Shown here: piece after piece, positions 11,885 to 23,583 of the stretch | How the letters are laid out: each line of letters begins with the position of its first letter | Numbering within the stretch: position 1 is the stretch's first letter | From: Anolis carolinensis | Taxonomy: Eukaryota | Length of the DNA stretch: 64,000 nucleotides | Direction of reading: 5' to 3' | NCBI RefSeq assembly: GCF_035594765.1 | Contig: NC_085847.1 | Location: 2,480,001-2,544,000 of the forward strand | The notes under the pieces: model-generated | The model's database searches: none | What the model saw: only the letters and a program-made list of their open reading frames with translations | What the model was told of the DNA's origin: nothing | Program-made: the position numbers and the translations under genes

Positions 11885-13347
11885 CTCTAGAGTAAACTTG
11901 CCCAACATAACATACAGCACTTTTAAGTACTGATGGAGTTTTTCAGGGTTAACCTGGCATGATGTGAGTTGTACTTCACCCACAACATTATGCATTTAGT
12001 GTTAACACTCCTGTGTTTGTTTTGCTGTCTGTGCCCCTGTTCAGAAGATCTCACTTAACTTTCTGTCCCTGTGAGAATTAGATTTTGGAAAAAAATTGGC
12101 TTGTTGTAGAAACGTAGATTCACCGGAGACACATTTTCCCCATTATAATGAGTCTTCCAGGAGTGAACTGTCCTTCCTTGGGGCAGATTTTTCTCACTTC
12201 CTGTTGTCTCACCCCCATTCTTAACTATGAGTCCTCGCATTGACCTGTGGATAAGTCACCCAGGTTTTGGAGATTGAGTTTTTGACCAAAATTTCTAGAC
12301 CTTAGGGTGATCTACAATGTAATATATGGTTTTCAAAAATAAACTTTGTGCAGATAAGGAGAGGACGTGGTCATAGCACTGCTGAAGTTATGTGTACATA
12401 CTCAGGGACCATTGAGTAATGTGCCTTAAGCAATCTGTTGAAGAGAAGTGCAGGAGGCATAGAATATACTGGTATTTATTTTTTTAATGTCACACATCTT
12501 TCATGATTTCTTCCACTGAATGCAAATGTCACCAATGTTTGAGATGAGAGTGCAAGCAGCAGTGCTCTAAAATTAACCGGGTATAGCTTTTGCCACTGTC
12601 AATACGAAGGATGCTACAGATCCCCCTTTTTTTTCAAAGGGTTCGGATGGGTTCACTCCTACTGCTTATGCAGTTTGTCAGCTTGGATGAACTGACAAAC
12701 CATGCCGCTCTCGGTCTAAAATAACCTTGTCCCAAAGGAAACAAGGGTAACGTTAAGCACAGTTCACAGGTTCAGACAAAAAGTCAACCAACCAACCATA
12801 GTGAAAACACATGTGGAAGCAAAGGCTTCCAAGCACCATAAGAGTACAAAAGAGAGCAGAGAGCATGCAAACAGCTTATTCGCATCACACTAAGTTATGG
12901 TTCAGCATGACATCTAAAAAAAAGGACCACCTTTTGAAAGATTGATTTAAATACCGTATATACTCGAGTATAACCCGACCCGAATATAAGCCGAGGCACC
13001 AAATTTTACCACAAAACAACTGGGAAAACATTGACTCCAGTATAAGCCGAGATACCAATAAAATTACATTAACTGAGGCATCAGTAGTTTAAATGTTTTT
13101 GAATCTTTACATCAAACTGTAATTTAAGATATGACTGTTCAACTCTGATTCAATCATTATTTTCATCTTCTTCAATGTAAATGTGCTTATGTATCTTTTT
13201 AATAATACTAGAGTGAAATAATAAATGTAATAGTAATAATAATAAATGCAGTAAAATAATAAATGTAATAATAAATAGAGTAAAATAATAAATGTATTAA
13301 TAAGAAAAATAGAGTAAAATAAATGTAAAAGTAACAACAATAATAGA

Positions 13348-13576
13348 TGTGTTGTTGAAGGCTTTCATGGCCAGAATCACAGGGTTGTTGTATGTTTTCC
13401 GGGCTGTATGCCCATGTTCCAGAAGTATTCTCTCCTGACGTTTCGCCCACATCTATGGAAGGCATCCTCAGAGGTTGTGAAGTCCTCTGAGGATGCCTGC
13501 CATAGATGTGGGCAAAACGTCAGGAGAGAATACTTCTGGAACATGGCCATACAGCCCGGAAAACATACAACAACCC
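13348..13576 (-). mobile_element. Penelope-like element remnant: pseudo-LTR plus inverted partial copy, with hammerhead ribozyme motifs
   Basis: ~95-bp inverted arms; TSD (c)aacaataataga at 13336-13347 and 13577-13588; homolog at 47522-47741. Confidence 0.85.
13434..13474 (-). ncRNA. Minimal type I hammerhead ribozyme motif (intact core, DGCR2 sense strand)
   Basis: CCU-CUGAGGA-U-GCCUUC-cauagau-GUGGGC-GAAAC-GUC^AGG; one mismatch in stem II. Confidence 0.65.
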
Positions 13577-14800
13577 AACAATAATAGAGTAAATTAATAA
13601 ATGTAATACTAATAATTAATAAAGTAAAATAATAAATGTAACAATACCAATAATAGAGAAAAATAATAAATATACCATATATGCTTGAGTATAAGCTGAC
13701 CTGAATATAAGCCCACTAGGACCCTCACCTAAGTATAAGCCGAGGAGGGTTTTTTTCAGTCTACTTTACAGATTTTCACTTTTCGCGGGTAGTCCTGGAA
13801 AGTAACACCCGCGATAAGTGAGGGAACGCTGTATTAAAAGACTAAAAAAAATCATAGCTATATTAAAACCAGCTGAAATAATTCAAAACACAGCCAAACA
13901 TGTGCAATCTGGGTAAAATCAAAAACATTTGACTGTTCACACCAACATCCTCTTCAAATACCAAGTATGTATGCTTTCGAGAAAATGAGATATTGATCCA
14001 TAACTTAATTTATACTACCTCCCACCACACACACACCAAGATTCGGACTTACACATAAAACAAAATCCAAATAAAACCACACTAGCAAAAAACATAACCA
14101 CAAAAATCAAGATGAAAATAGATTAAGTTGCCTGTTGAACTGAAATATAGAATAAAAGTTTCAAAATTCACATCGATACTGATGCCTCTCGGCCTCTCCA
14201 AGTATTCTATCAACTATTAGCTGCCTTTTCTACTTTCACATCTACACAAAGCTCTCTGTTCATGGTCTATCCTTCTCTGTTCTATCATATGCTGATTCAG
14301 CTATCCAGCATATGCCACAACTGTGGCACCTAGAAGCCGCTGATTTATGATAAATTAACGCTGAAATTGTTCAGCCAAAACAAACAAGAGTGCTGAAAGA
14401 TGAACATATTTGGAAGAGCACAAGAAAATAGCTGGAAAGTATATGCCAATGAGGTTTTGTTTAAAGTATCTCTTTATTTAATCTTACCATATGCTCTGAT
14501 AATGCCAAACCCTTGGCCACACACTCTCTCCGTGCCAAAAACTCACTCACCATTCTGGTTTTCCAGATGAAGCCTGCTTTTAAAACTAATGACACATCGT
14601 ACACATGTTCAGAGGCTTCCATACTTGGCATTAAACACGACTGACTCATCCAAAAGTGCTTTTATGTTAAATCCCAGAAGCATATAAATTGCAAAAGACG
14701 AACAAGGTCCAGGCTTGTTCAGAAATGGAAGGACCGGCTGAGTAGAAAACCTTGAGAAAGGACAATTAAACGTCCCTTTATGGCAGAACCAATAATAACA

Positions 14801-14850
<50 letters not shown>

Positions 14851-14851
<1 letters not shown>

Positions 14852-14898
14852 GTATGACACAGCAAACAAGATAGATATGCTGGATTTCGTTTCACAAA
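14851..14898 (-). mobile_element. Very short R4/Dong 3' end embedded in (TAA)n
   Basis: Same sequence as 8979-9026; (TTA)n at 14801-14850 and 14903-14938. Confidence 0.7.
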
Positions 14899-14902
14899 TG
14901 AA

Positions 14903-14941
<39 letters not shown>

Positions 14942-15153
14942 TAACCTCCTCTCCTCGAGGTGGGTTACAGACTGTGGATCTCACTTGCTGGTCCTCCATA
15001 TCTACGGGACTTCAACTCCCAGAATCCCCTGACCACTGTGGTACTAGCTGTGGCTTTTGGGTGATGAACTCCCAATGGGTCAATGGCTCCCTCGCCCACG
15101 TTAAAGCCAACATTCTGTTTATTTCCCTAAAACCTCTCTACTAAGGGTTAAGA

Positions 15154-15436
15154 CAGAGCTTTCCAAACTGTGTGTCATGACATGTTTGTGTGTCAGCTGC
15201 AGTGTGCAGGTGTGACACATGACTTCTGAATCTATGAGAAATATGCAATAAATCATATATTGGCTTTCGGGCAATATGTAGTATCCCCATACCTTCCATT
15301 ATGAGAATTGAGCCTGTGTCCATATCTCTTACAAGTGGTTTAACCTCTGGTTTGCCATTAAAACTGAATCCATGTGCCGCAAAATGATGCAAGTCTTAAA
15401 AGCGTATCACCAACATGGAAGGTTTGGAAGGCTCTA
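15154..15436. mobile_element. hAT MITE
   Basis: TIRs CAGAGCTTTCCAAAC / GTTTGGAAGGCTCTA; perfect 8-bp TSD ggttaaga. Confidence 0.85.
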
Positions 15437-16032
15437 GGTTAAGACTTCCCTGCTGAAGGAAAACCCACAACCTTTGTTGGCAGATCTTTAAAAGTTACTT
15501 TTTAAAAGTAATCACTTACACTGACTTGCTCAGTCCACAAAGAACGACACTAGAATATTACAATACTGTGACAACGCATACTTTGTAACATCCAGTTAGT
15601 TATGCCACAAAAGGAGTGAGGTTACTCCTTGTTATTGTTACGACTGCGAAATCAGATTCATTCTAAATGACTTGTTATTCGTAAGCATATGATCCCGGCC
15701 TCCATAGAACCGGTACCCACCATTTCATCTCCCCGTATCCAACAAAATATATCCTGTCTAGGAATATTCTTGGTCCTCAAGGTGACTCAATGGTGTGAGG
15801 TTACCACTAAGTCACACTAGAGGGCCCAGCAAATTCCTAGAAAGGTATACCTCTATAGCAATTTTCTATATCCTCTAATGTGACTCTGTAGTAACTTCTG
15901 ATGGCAGTTCTACATTTTAGTAGGGTTTGCTATCATCCACACTTTCTTGTTTCCAGTTAGGGTTATGGATATGTGGATATGGGGTCACGCTGCAGTTTGT
16001 TCTGCAAGCTCTGGATTTAAGGGTGCACTTAC

Positions 16033-16155
16033 TTGGGCAGTCAACTTCGTCACTCTCATCCTCGCAGGTGGGCCATCCATCACACTGCCAGTTCAAGGGG
16101 ATGCACTGGATGGAACCGCTGCGACAAGCAAATTGCCCCGGGATACAGCGCAGCT
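16033..16155 (-). CDS. DGCR2: DGCR2 exon 2, LDL-receptor class A repeat ([41 protein letters not shown])
   Basis: CAG| and |GTAAGT, 123 nt; six Cys plus acidic CEDESDE motif. Confidence 0.97.
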
Positions 16156-18196
16156 CTGCAGACAACAAAAAAGACCACAACTGAAGATTGCAGCAAAGAT
16201 ATCGATAACGTGAAACCTTCTATTTGGGAACTGAACTACTACCCCTTTTCAGCACTTTTATAAACTTCCATTCTAGACTAGACACCCGGTAGTGCAAAAT
16301 GTATCACCTCTTAACACTATGACTTATTTAATGAATTAATAACTAAATTCTAGAGAAACATTAATGCTGAAATTCCAACACAAGTCCATTTGTGTCCATC
16401 TGATTCAGCTGCCCGACTCGGTTGGCAAATTTCCCACATAACCGATTAACTTGATTTTATTTTGTTAGCTATCGTGGTTCAACAGACAAACAATCAGTAT
16501 TAACTATGGCAAGATTACATTCACAAAACAACATTAAACGTTTACTAGACAACTGAATTCAGTTCAGGCTAGCAGTGGGAATCCGCCAATATTTGGGCGC
16601 TTCTGAACCATTCGTGTCATTTTTTTTTCCTCTACAGCAAACCAGGGAAGTTTCCCAAACTGGCATTAATCAAATGCAGATCCATTGCCAACAGCGTAAC
16701 GGCGGTTAAGCCTTGCATGACATAATCCTAGATATCGAAGGCAAAAGAGAACTATTTTTACATTTTTTAAAAATGCTTACAGTTGCATAACTGTAGTTGA
16801 GTCTCCCCACCCCCGGCATGAAAATGTTTGTAACGTTATTTTATTTCAATATTAGAAAATCAACACAGATGATCCTTGCAGACAAAAATGTGCAAGACGG
16901 CAAAGAGTTTCTCGATATTGTGAAGCGCTTTGTCGTAAGGAGCACACAAGCAGCTCAAGCCAGAGGGAGGAAATAAAAATAGGCTTGTCCTGCTCAACAC
17001 GCCGCCTACTTGGAATGAACATTGAGGTCACAAAGACAGCTAAGAACTCGGTCCTGCTAGACTACTAGAGACGGCAGCATATGGTACGACGCAGCCAAAA
17101 CAGCTTTGACCCATTTAGGGGGGTGTGTGGTTTTTTTTTCTAAAATTATATCCAACATGAGAAATGCATGACATTAAACACAGTATTTCTATACTAGGAA
17201 GACTTTAAAATCAAACAAGGCTTTTAGAAAAAATAATTTGCTTTTAGAAGCAAAGGAAAGCTAGACTACAAGTCTTGGGGATCGTGGCACCAACACGCAA
17301 AAAGGAGGAAAGGTGGACATCACAGATTACCTTCACTTATTAAGAATGCTCAGCTTAGGCTCAGTTTTCTACCCCCGCATGCACTAACACACCTTAGGGG
17401 ATTTCCAATGGCTTCTATAGGGCATCTATAGGGCATTCGCCATCCACAGAACTTAAAATCAAGTTACAGTGAAAATCCATAAATTAAGAACAATTTATTT
17501 CTTAAAAACTTATCTAGGGATCTCTTGGTCCTCCAGCACGACTCTGTGGTCAACCTCTCTTGGAAGCTGACCATAGAGTTGCACTGGAGAACCCAGAGAT
17601 CCCTAGAGAGAACATTTTAATCAAATCTTGGAATAATCAAATTCACAAATGTGGAGCACCAACTGCATTATCTGTCAGCCTTCGTTGGTTAAAAGTGTCA
17701 ATGACCAAATGAGATGTGCTACATTTGAAATCATTACGCACCAATGTTCTTTTTGAGTCACGACTAACAGTTTTGTATTCAGCCCCTTCAGTTTTTTAAG
17801 GAATTAATAAATGGGTTTTGAGAATTTCTCAAAATCACAGGGGAAAAAATCTGAACACTGACAAATATTATCATTAGTATTATAAAATAAATTTCTATTT
17901 ACTGATTTACTGTTAAAGCCTTGCCGTTAAGACCAAAGTTTCCCTACAATTCGGAATCTAAGGGCCAATCCTGGAAGTAGAGGGACCTGAACCTTAAATT
18001 AGGTAAGGGTCAAGTAAAAAAAGAACGGTGTAGGCAAGTTCTCATAGCCTCTTTCCAGGCCTCTATATCTTATTAGCCTTCCTCCTTGGAAATTTCCTGC
18101 CTCCCAAAAACCAACACTTTACCCTTCTTTTGTTTTCATTGCTCAAAAAAAGAGCAAGGAATAGATAACCTAGGATCTACTGAGATCCAACCAATG

Positions 18197-18375
18197 TAGA
18201 ATCATAGAATCATAGAATCATAGAATAGTAGAGTTGGAAGAGACCTCATGGGCCATCCAGTCCAACCCCCTGCCAAGAAGCAGGAAATCGCATTCAAAGC
18301 ACCCCCGACAGATGGCCATCCAGCCTCTGCTTAAAAGCCTCCAAGGAAGGAGCCTCCACCACAGCCCGGGGGAGA
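18197..18375 (-). mobile_element. CR1 LINE 3' end
   Basis: (CATAGAAT)n tail; reverse complement of ~22540-22715. Confidence 0.9.
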
Positions 18376-19892
18376 AGAAGAATTGTGAACTGTCAGCCCT
18401 TCCACATATTTGTGGTTCAATTTTTGCAGATTTGATTATTCACAATCTTGAGATGAAATGTTCTCTCAAGGAAACTCTAGGTCCTCCAGGGTGACTCTGT
18501 GGCACACTGGTGGACACAGAGATTCCTAGAGAGGTGTTTTATCGGGTTTCAAAAAGAGAAGGTATTCCAAAGCTAGGTGGCCAACACAGAGAAGGCCTTC
18601 ATTTTTCTAATGCCGATCCAAGAAGATCCTGCTCCCTCAACTTAATGTCCATCTGCCTAACTTTAAACCCAACAATACCTCTTCTCGCAAGCCTTGCTTT
18701 TCAATCTCCGCCTACTCCTTCCCTTCTCATTTGGTTTCCCTAATGGCCTTGTCTTTCTCAGCATTGCAAATCCGAAGGCAAGGTCTGCTGTTGGAGATGA
18801 AAAGCTATTAAGAAGCTGTACACAACAATAACTGCATCCTGCTCTCATCTCAGAAGCAAGACTTGGGAAAAACCCCAGCACATGCTCCACAGGCAGAAGT
18901 TCAAGCGCCGGCATCTCCAGTTAAAAGGATTTCAGGAAATATAGCCTCTGCCTAGAGATCACAGGAAGATGCTACCAGTCAGGGTACATGGTTGGCCACA
19001 GCGGTATTATAATTCACTACAATGGAACTGCTTCAATTGATTCTGACAAACGCATCTGCAATTCTAAGACGCACCTCATTTTTGGAGAGGTTTATATGGA
19101 GGGAAAAGTGTTTATCTTAGAATCGATGAAATATAGTATTTTTTAAACTTGAGAGAACATCTCTCTTGGAACTTCTAGGTCTTCCACTGGAAACTGGCCA
19201 GAGAATTACATTGGAGGATCGCCGAGAGAACATTTTTAATCGAATCTGTGAATAATCAAATCTGCAAAAGCCACAACCACAAATGTGGAGCAATGACTAT
19301 ACATCGGCAACATATGGCCACCAGCATACAACTAATTGTATGCATATGGGGAAGGGGCCCACCAATCATTTTGAAACTAAATATTGCTTCAAAACGAGTC
19401 CCCTGAAATGGCCACAACTGTGACCCTTCACTATCTGTAGTGGATGAATAATGAGTCTATAAAAACATACATTGCAAACTTCTTGCTCCCAAATAGTCTC
19501 AAAAGTGTTAGAGAAGATTCCACTGCAGAAGGATACGGACTAACGCGCAGCCATGCCTTTGAATACCACCATAAATGTCAGATAAATGTTTCAAAATATT
19601 ATTGTTAGAAGGGTAAGGTCCACACTCAGTTAGTTCTTAAACTGAGAAAATCACTCATTGTAAGCATGTAGAAAATGGAAGACGTTTGTACACAAAAGTT
19701 TTTGGTCCACCAAAGCTTACTCAGTTGAGTGAATCATACTGTCAGGACAGATGAAAGAACCCTTGCATGATGGTTGACCTGATAACACTGGAGAAAAAGC
19801 AGAATCAATATAATTAATAAAAAGAAAACATGAAGTGGCTGGGATGATAATACTAAAGCTACTGGATAAAGGCAGAGCTGAATTGCCTTTTG

Positions 19893-19925
19893 AATAATAA
19901 CAATAACAATAATAATAACAATAAC

Positions 19926-19977
<52 letters not shown>
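19893..19977. repeat. (AAT/AAC)n microsatellite
   Basis: ~28 trinucleotide units. Confidence 0.95.
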
Positions 19978-19980
<3 letters not shown>

Positions 19981-21165
19981 TATTTGTATCCCACCCTATC
20001 TCCCCATAACGACTCGGGGCTTTTCTTCCTCTGGAACTAGACAATGGCCTGAAATGAAGTCTTCTCATACAATGGTGAAAGGTTAAAATACAGGTTTTCC
20101 TAAAATAACCTTGAAAGCCAACTTACAGTAAAAGAACTGTAGGATGGGAAGACTCTATGCCCAAACCCTGCAGCTCATAAGGCTCTAAATATAAGTGCTT
20201 CCCAAGTATTGTCCTACTTTATTCAAGTGAAATAAAGTAAGGATAATGGTGAAGTTTGGATCTGAATTGGGAGACAGGGATTCGAAGCTGGGCTCAATCA
20301 CAGAGACCAACTCGGTGACCTTGCCTTGAAGACACTTAACAACAATCGGCAAAGAAGACACGTAACTAAGAGTTATACAGGATGAAAAAAAAGGATAATT
20401 TTGTGTTCTGACCTGTCTCATGACTCAGGACAAATATGAAAAAAATAGCTTTTGTTTCTGTTTTTAGAAGTTTACCACATCTTCTACCTCCTCTGAATAC
20501 CTGGACTATCGTATGATGCACTCCATCTCCGAGAGCAGCCACAAACATATTATCTCAGTACCTACTTCTAGCCACAACAATCAATCCAAGGCTGTACATT
20601 TCAGGAGACAAAACAGAGCAGAGCCGTCAGCAGTGAAACATCCCCAGATCCTAATCCTCGCTTGCCCAGACGAAAGTGTCCCTGAGATCAAAACCCTCCT
20701 CCATAACGCAGCTACTACAGGACCAGTGTTGCAGACAGAGACAGGCATTCAAGGCCGCTATCTTGAAAACACAAAAGCTTCTCATATAGCTCCACCTTGG
20801 TGCTTGATTTCACTTGTTTTATGCTTTATTCGCCAACTCTGGAATGTGCTCTGCTCATTTTAAAAGCCAGGGGAGTGTGTATTCCTGTAGTTGAACATTA
20901 ACTTTCAGAAGACGGAAGCATTTCAACATACGCCCTTGAAAGCTCCAAGTGTGCTGAACAGCAACACTGGGGACCAGATGCCTCTGTGCCCACTTTTGCA
21001 AAATTACATAGACATACATGAGAGAGAGAGATATCTCTCACTCAAAAATGTTACCAGGAAGAAGAGTGTGTCCTGAAGAATGACAACACAATCAATATTA
21101 ATAATGGATCTTCCACCACCACTCACCATGAAACACCATGAAGACCTTTTTAAAGGATTCTAGAG

Positions 21166-21289
21166 CAGAGATGTCCAGGCTTTGGTCCTCCAGGTGTTTT
21201 GGAGTTCAGCTTCCCATTGGACAAGCTGGCCAAGGATTCTGTGGGCTGGAGTCCCAAAGACCTGGAGAAGCAATGGTTGGACACCACTG
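21166..21289. mobile_element. Short palindromic hAT MITE
   Basis: CAG...CTG ends, perfect 8-bp TSD ttctagag. Confidence 0.8.
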
Positions 21290-22335
21290 TTCTAGAGCAA
21301 CCTTCTCAAATGTGGTGCTGAAAGGATGCAATGGACCAAACTTTCCAGAAGCCTCTGCTCACAGAAGGCAGAGTTGTAGTCCAGAAGATCCATCACCAAG
21401 CTCTAGTAGACTACCTGGGATCTTATGATCTGGTGTTGTCCTCTGAGTGAACTTGATCCACTCAGGCCACAGCCAAATCAGTTTTCAAGATTTGCTAACA
21501 CGAAACAGAGTCACAGGTACAACAGGATGACCATTATACAGATATGCTACAAGTAAATACGAAAAAAAAGCTCACAATTCCCCTCAGCTGGCCAAAGCAG
21601 GCCATCGACAGCTGACCCAGGTCTACATGGGAAGTTGCCCCATGGGCCACAGATTATTATTGGGCACCTGAACCCCGGGAGCCAGTTCAGTTGGGCCCGG
21701 TCTTGATTGAACCTTAAATAAATCTATCCCTTTTTTAAAATGTGCCAGAAAATGCGTAAGAATGTGTAAGAAATTGTATTTGCTTGGTACCAACTGTCGG
21801 GTATTAGATGTCCCCTTGATTTCTTAGAAGGTAGCCATTTATGCCAGGCTATGCAAGTAGTCCCTATGCAGTCTGAGAGATACACACACCATGGTTAAAT
21901 TCAATGTTCTTCCAGGGTCACACCCAACATATTCAAGTCAAGAAAACAGTGAAGCCCCAGAAAAACAGGGACAACAAATGGGCTACTAGTACCTCGCCTG
22001 TGCCACTCCAAGATCCCCATGCAATTCCTTCAGAAAGGTGAATGCACCCGGGCTCTAATAATTTCACTGTTGAGCAATGGAATGAGTTAAGCAATTGGCG
22101 AAGTTTGAGAGAGCTGACAGCAAAGTCAGCTCCTCACATCCCATGCGTTTCCCATGTCACATCTGGAATCTGACACAACTGAGCCTGAGGCACAAGGATT
22201 CTTCTCAACAGCTCTCAAGTCAGCAAGTTTTACAACAGACATCCCAGCATTCTAGCCAGTCTTATCAAGCAGAATGTCAAGCTGGTATTGTGAAATTTAA
22301 GGGTCTGGTTGATGAGTCTGAGACAGATATCTGAA

Positions 22336-22715
22336 TTAGCCTGCAGAAGAGAAGGCTGAGAGGAGACATGATAGCCATGTACAAATATGTGAGGGGAAGT
22401 CATAGGGAGGAGGGAGCAAGCTTGTTTTCTGCTGCCCTGCAGACTAGGACACGGAACAATGGCTTCAAACTACAGGAAAGGAGATTCCACCTGAACATTA
22501 GGAAGAACTTCCTCACAGTGAGGGCTGTTCGGCAGTGGAACTCTCTCCCCCGGACTGTGGTGCAGGCTCCTTCTTTGGAGGCTTTTAAACAGAGGCTGGA
22601 TGGCCATCTGTCGGGGGTGCTATGAATGTGATTTCCTGCTTCTTGGCAGGGGGTTGGACTGGATGGCCCATGAGGTCTCTTCCAACTCTACTATTCTATG
22701 ATTCTATGATTCTAT
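22336..22715 (+). mobile_element. CR1 LINE 3' fragment (ORF2 C-terminus plus 3' UTR)
   Basis: KRRLRGDMIAMYKY...RTRNNGFKL...NIRKNFLTVRAVRQWNSLP...FKQRLD; (ATTCTATG)n tail. Confidence 0.95.
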
Positions 22716-23550
22716 CATTCTTCCAGCTGTAATGAAAAATATCTTCTCTGACAAACACATACATACATGACACACTTTTTCAAGCTTCATCTTTTCTATC
22801 ATCACATTTCCTATACAAACCACTTGGATGCCACGAGGAAAAACCATTTCCTCCCGACACCACAGGCATTTGGAGCAAGGCTGTCTCTGCACAAGAGCCT
22901 CCAATGAGTTACCACGGTCAAAGGTCAGCAACAGGCCCCTCGGCTAATCCTCTTTCTGAGCCATCTCCTGTGTCCACCCCCACAATCCTATGGCAAGGCA
23001 TTCCATAAAATTAGACACCGCATGAAATACTTTGTTCCGTCCAGGATCTATTGTTAATCCGTTTTATTAGGTGACCCTGAGTTCTAACAATCTGGGAGAG
23101 GAAAGAAGGGGAAGACCTGTATTAACTTTCTCTACTCAACTCGTCATTTCATAAACTTCGACCTTCTTTCACATGCAAAGCATCTCAGATGCCACAAAAT
23201 GCAAGGATGTTGTTGTCTACACATAGCAACCATTCAATCTTCTTTAGAATCCAACCTAGGTACTCATCACGAATTCAAGATGCAAGTGTTATGTTACAGA
23301 ATGATGGGGTCATTTTATGCACACAAAGACAAAGTATTTGAAAATTACACATAGGCGTCACATTGTCCATAGAAATATTGTATGGACAGTAACAAACTTA
23401 TATACAATGTGGGAGTTTAAGAAAAGAAAGGGTTTTCTTATTTTAAAAAGACTCATCTGAGAGCTGGTAATATCTATGTGTGTGTGTTTAAATAAGACTA
23501 CTAACAAGATCATTCGATCCTGTTACGATCTGCCCAATGCAGGCACTCAC

Positions 23551-23583
23551 CTGAAAGAAGTCTTGCCAGAGCTAGCCGTGCAC
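23551..23583 (-). CDS. DGCR2: Candidate 33-nt cassette micro-exon of DGCR2 (adds GARLALARLLS between exons 1 and 2)
   Basis: Acceptor TTTTCTTTTACATTTCAAATTGCAG|, donor CAG|GTGAGT, 33 nt, phase 1-1, no stop in the DGCR2 frame. Confidence 0.7.

Larger units (their letters stand above)
12954..13760. mobile_element. Tc1/pogo-like non-autonomous transposon (right end missing) hosting a Penelope-like insert
   Basis: Left TIR CCGTATATACTCGAGTATAA; homologous to 8121-8927. Confidence 0.8.

Noticed and set aside
13484-13524. + strand hammerhead motif
   Set aside because: GAAA core mutated to AAAA (G12A); expected to be inactive
22368-22625. 85-aa ORF
   Set aside because: C-terminal remnant of CR1 ORF2, not a host gene
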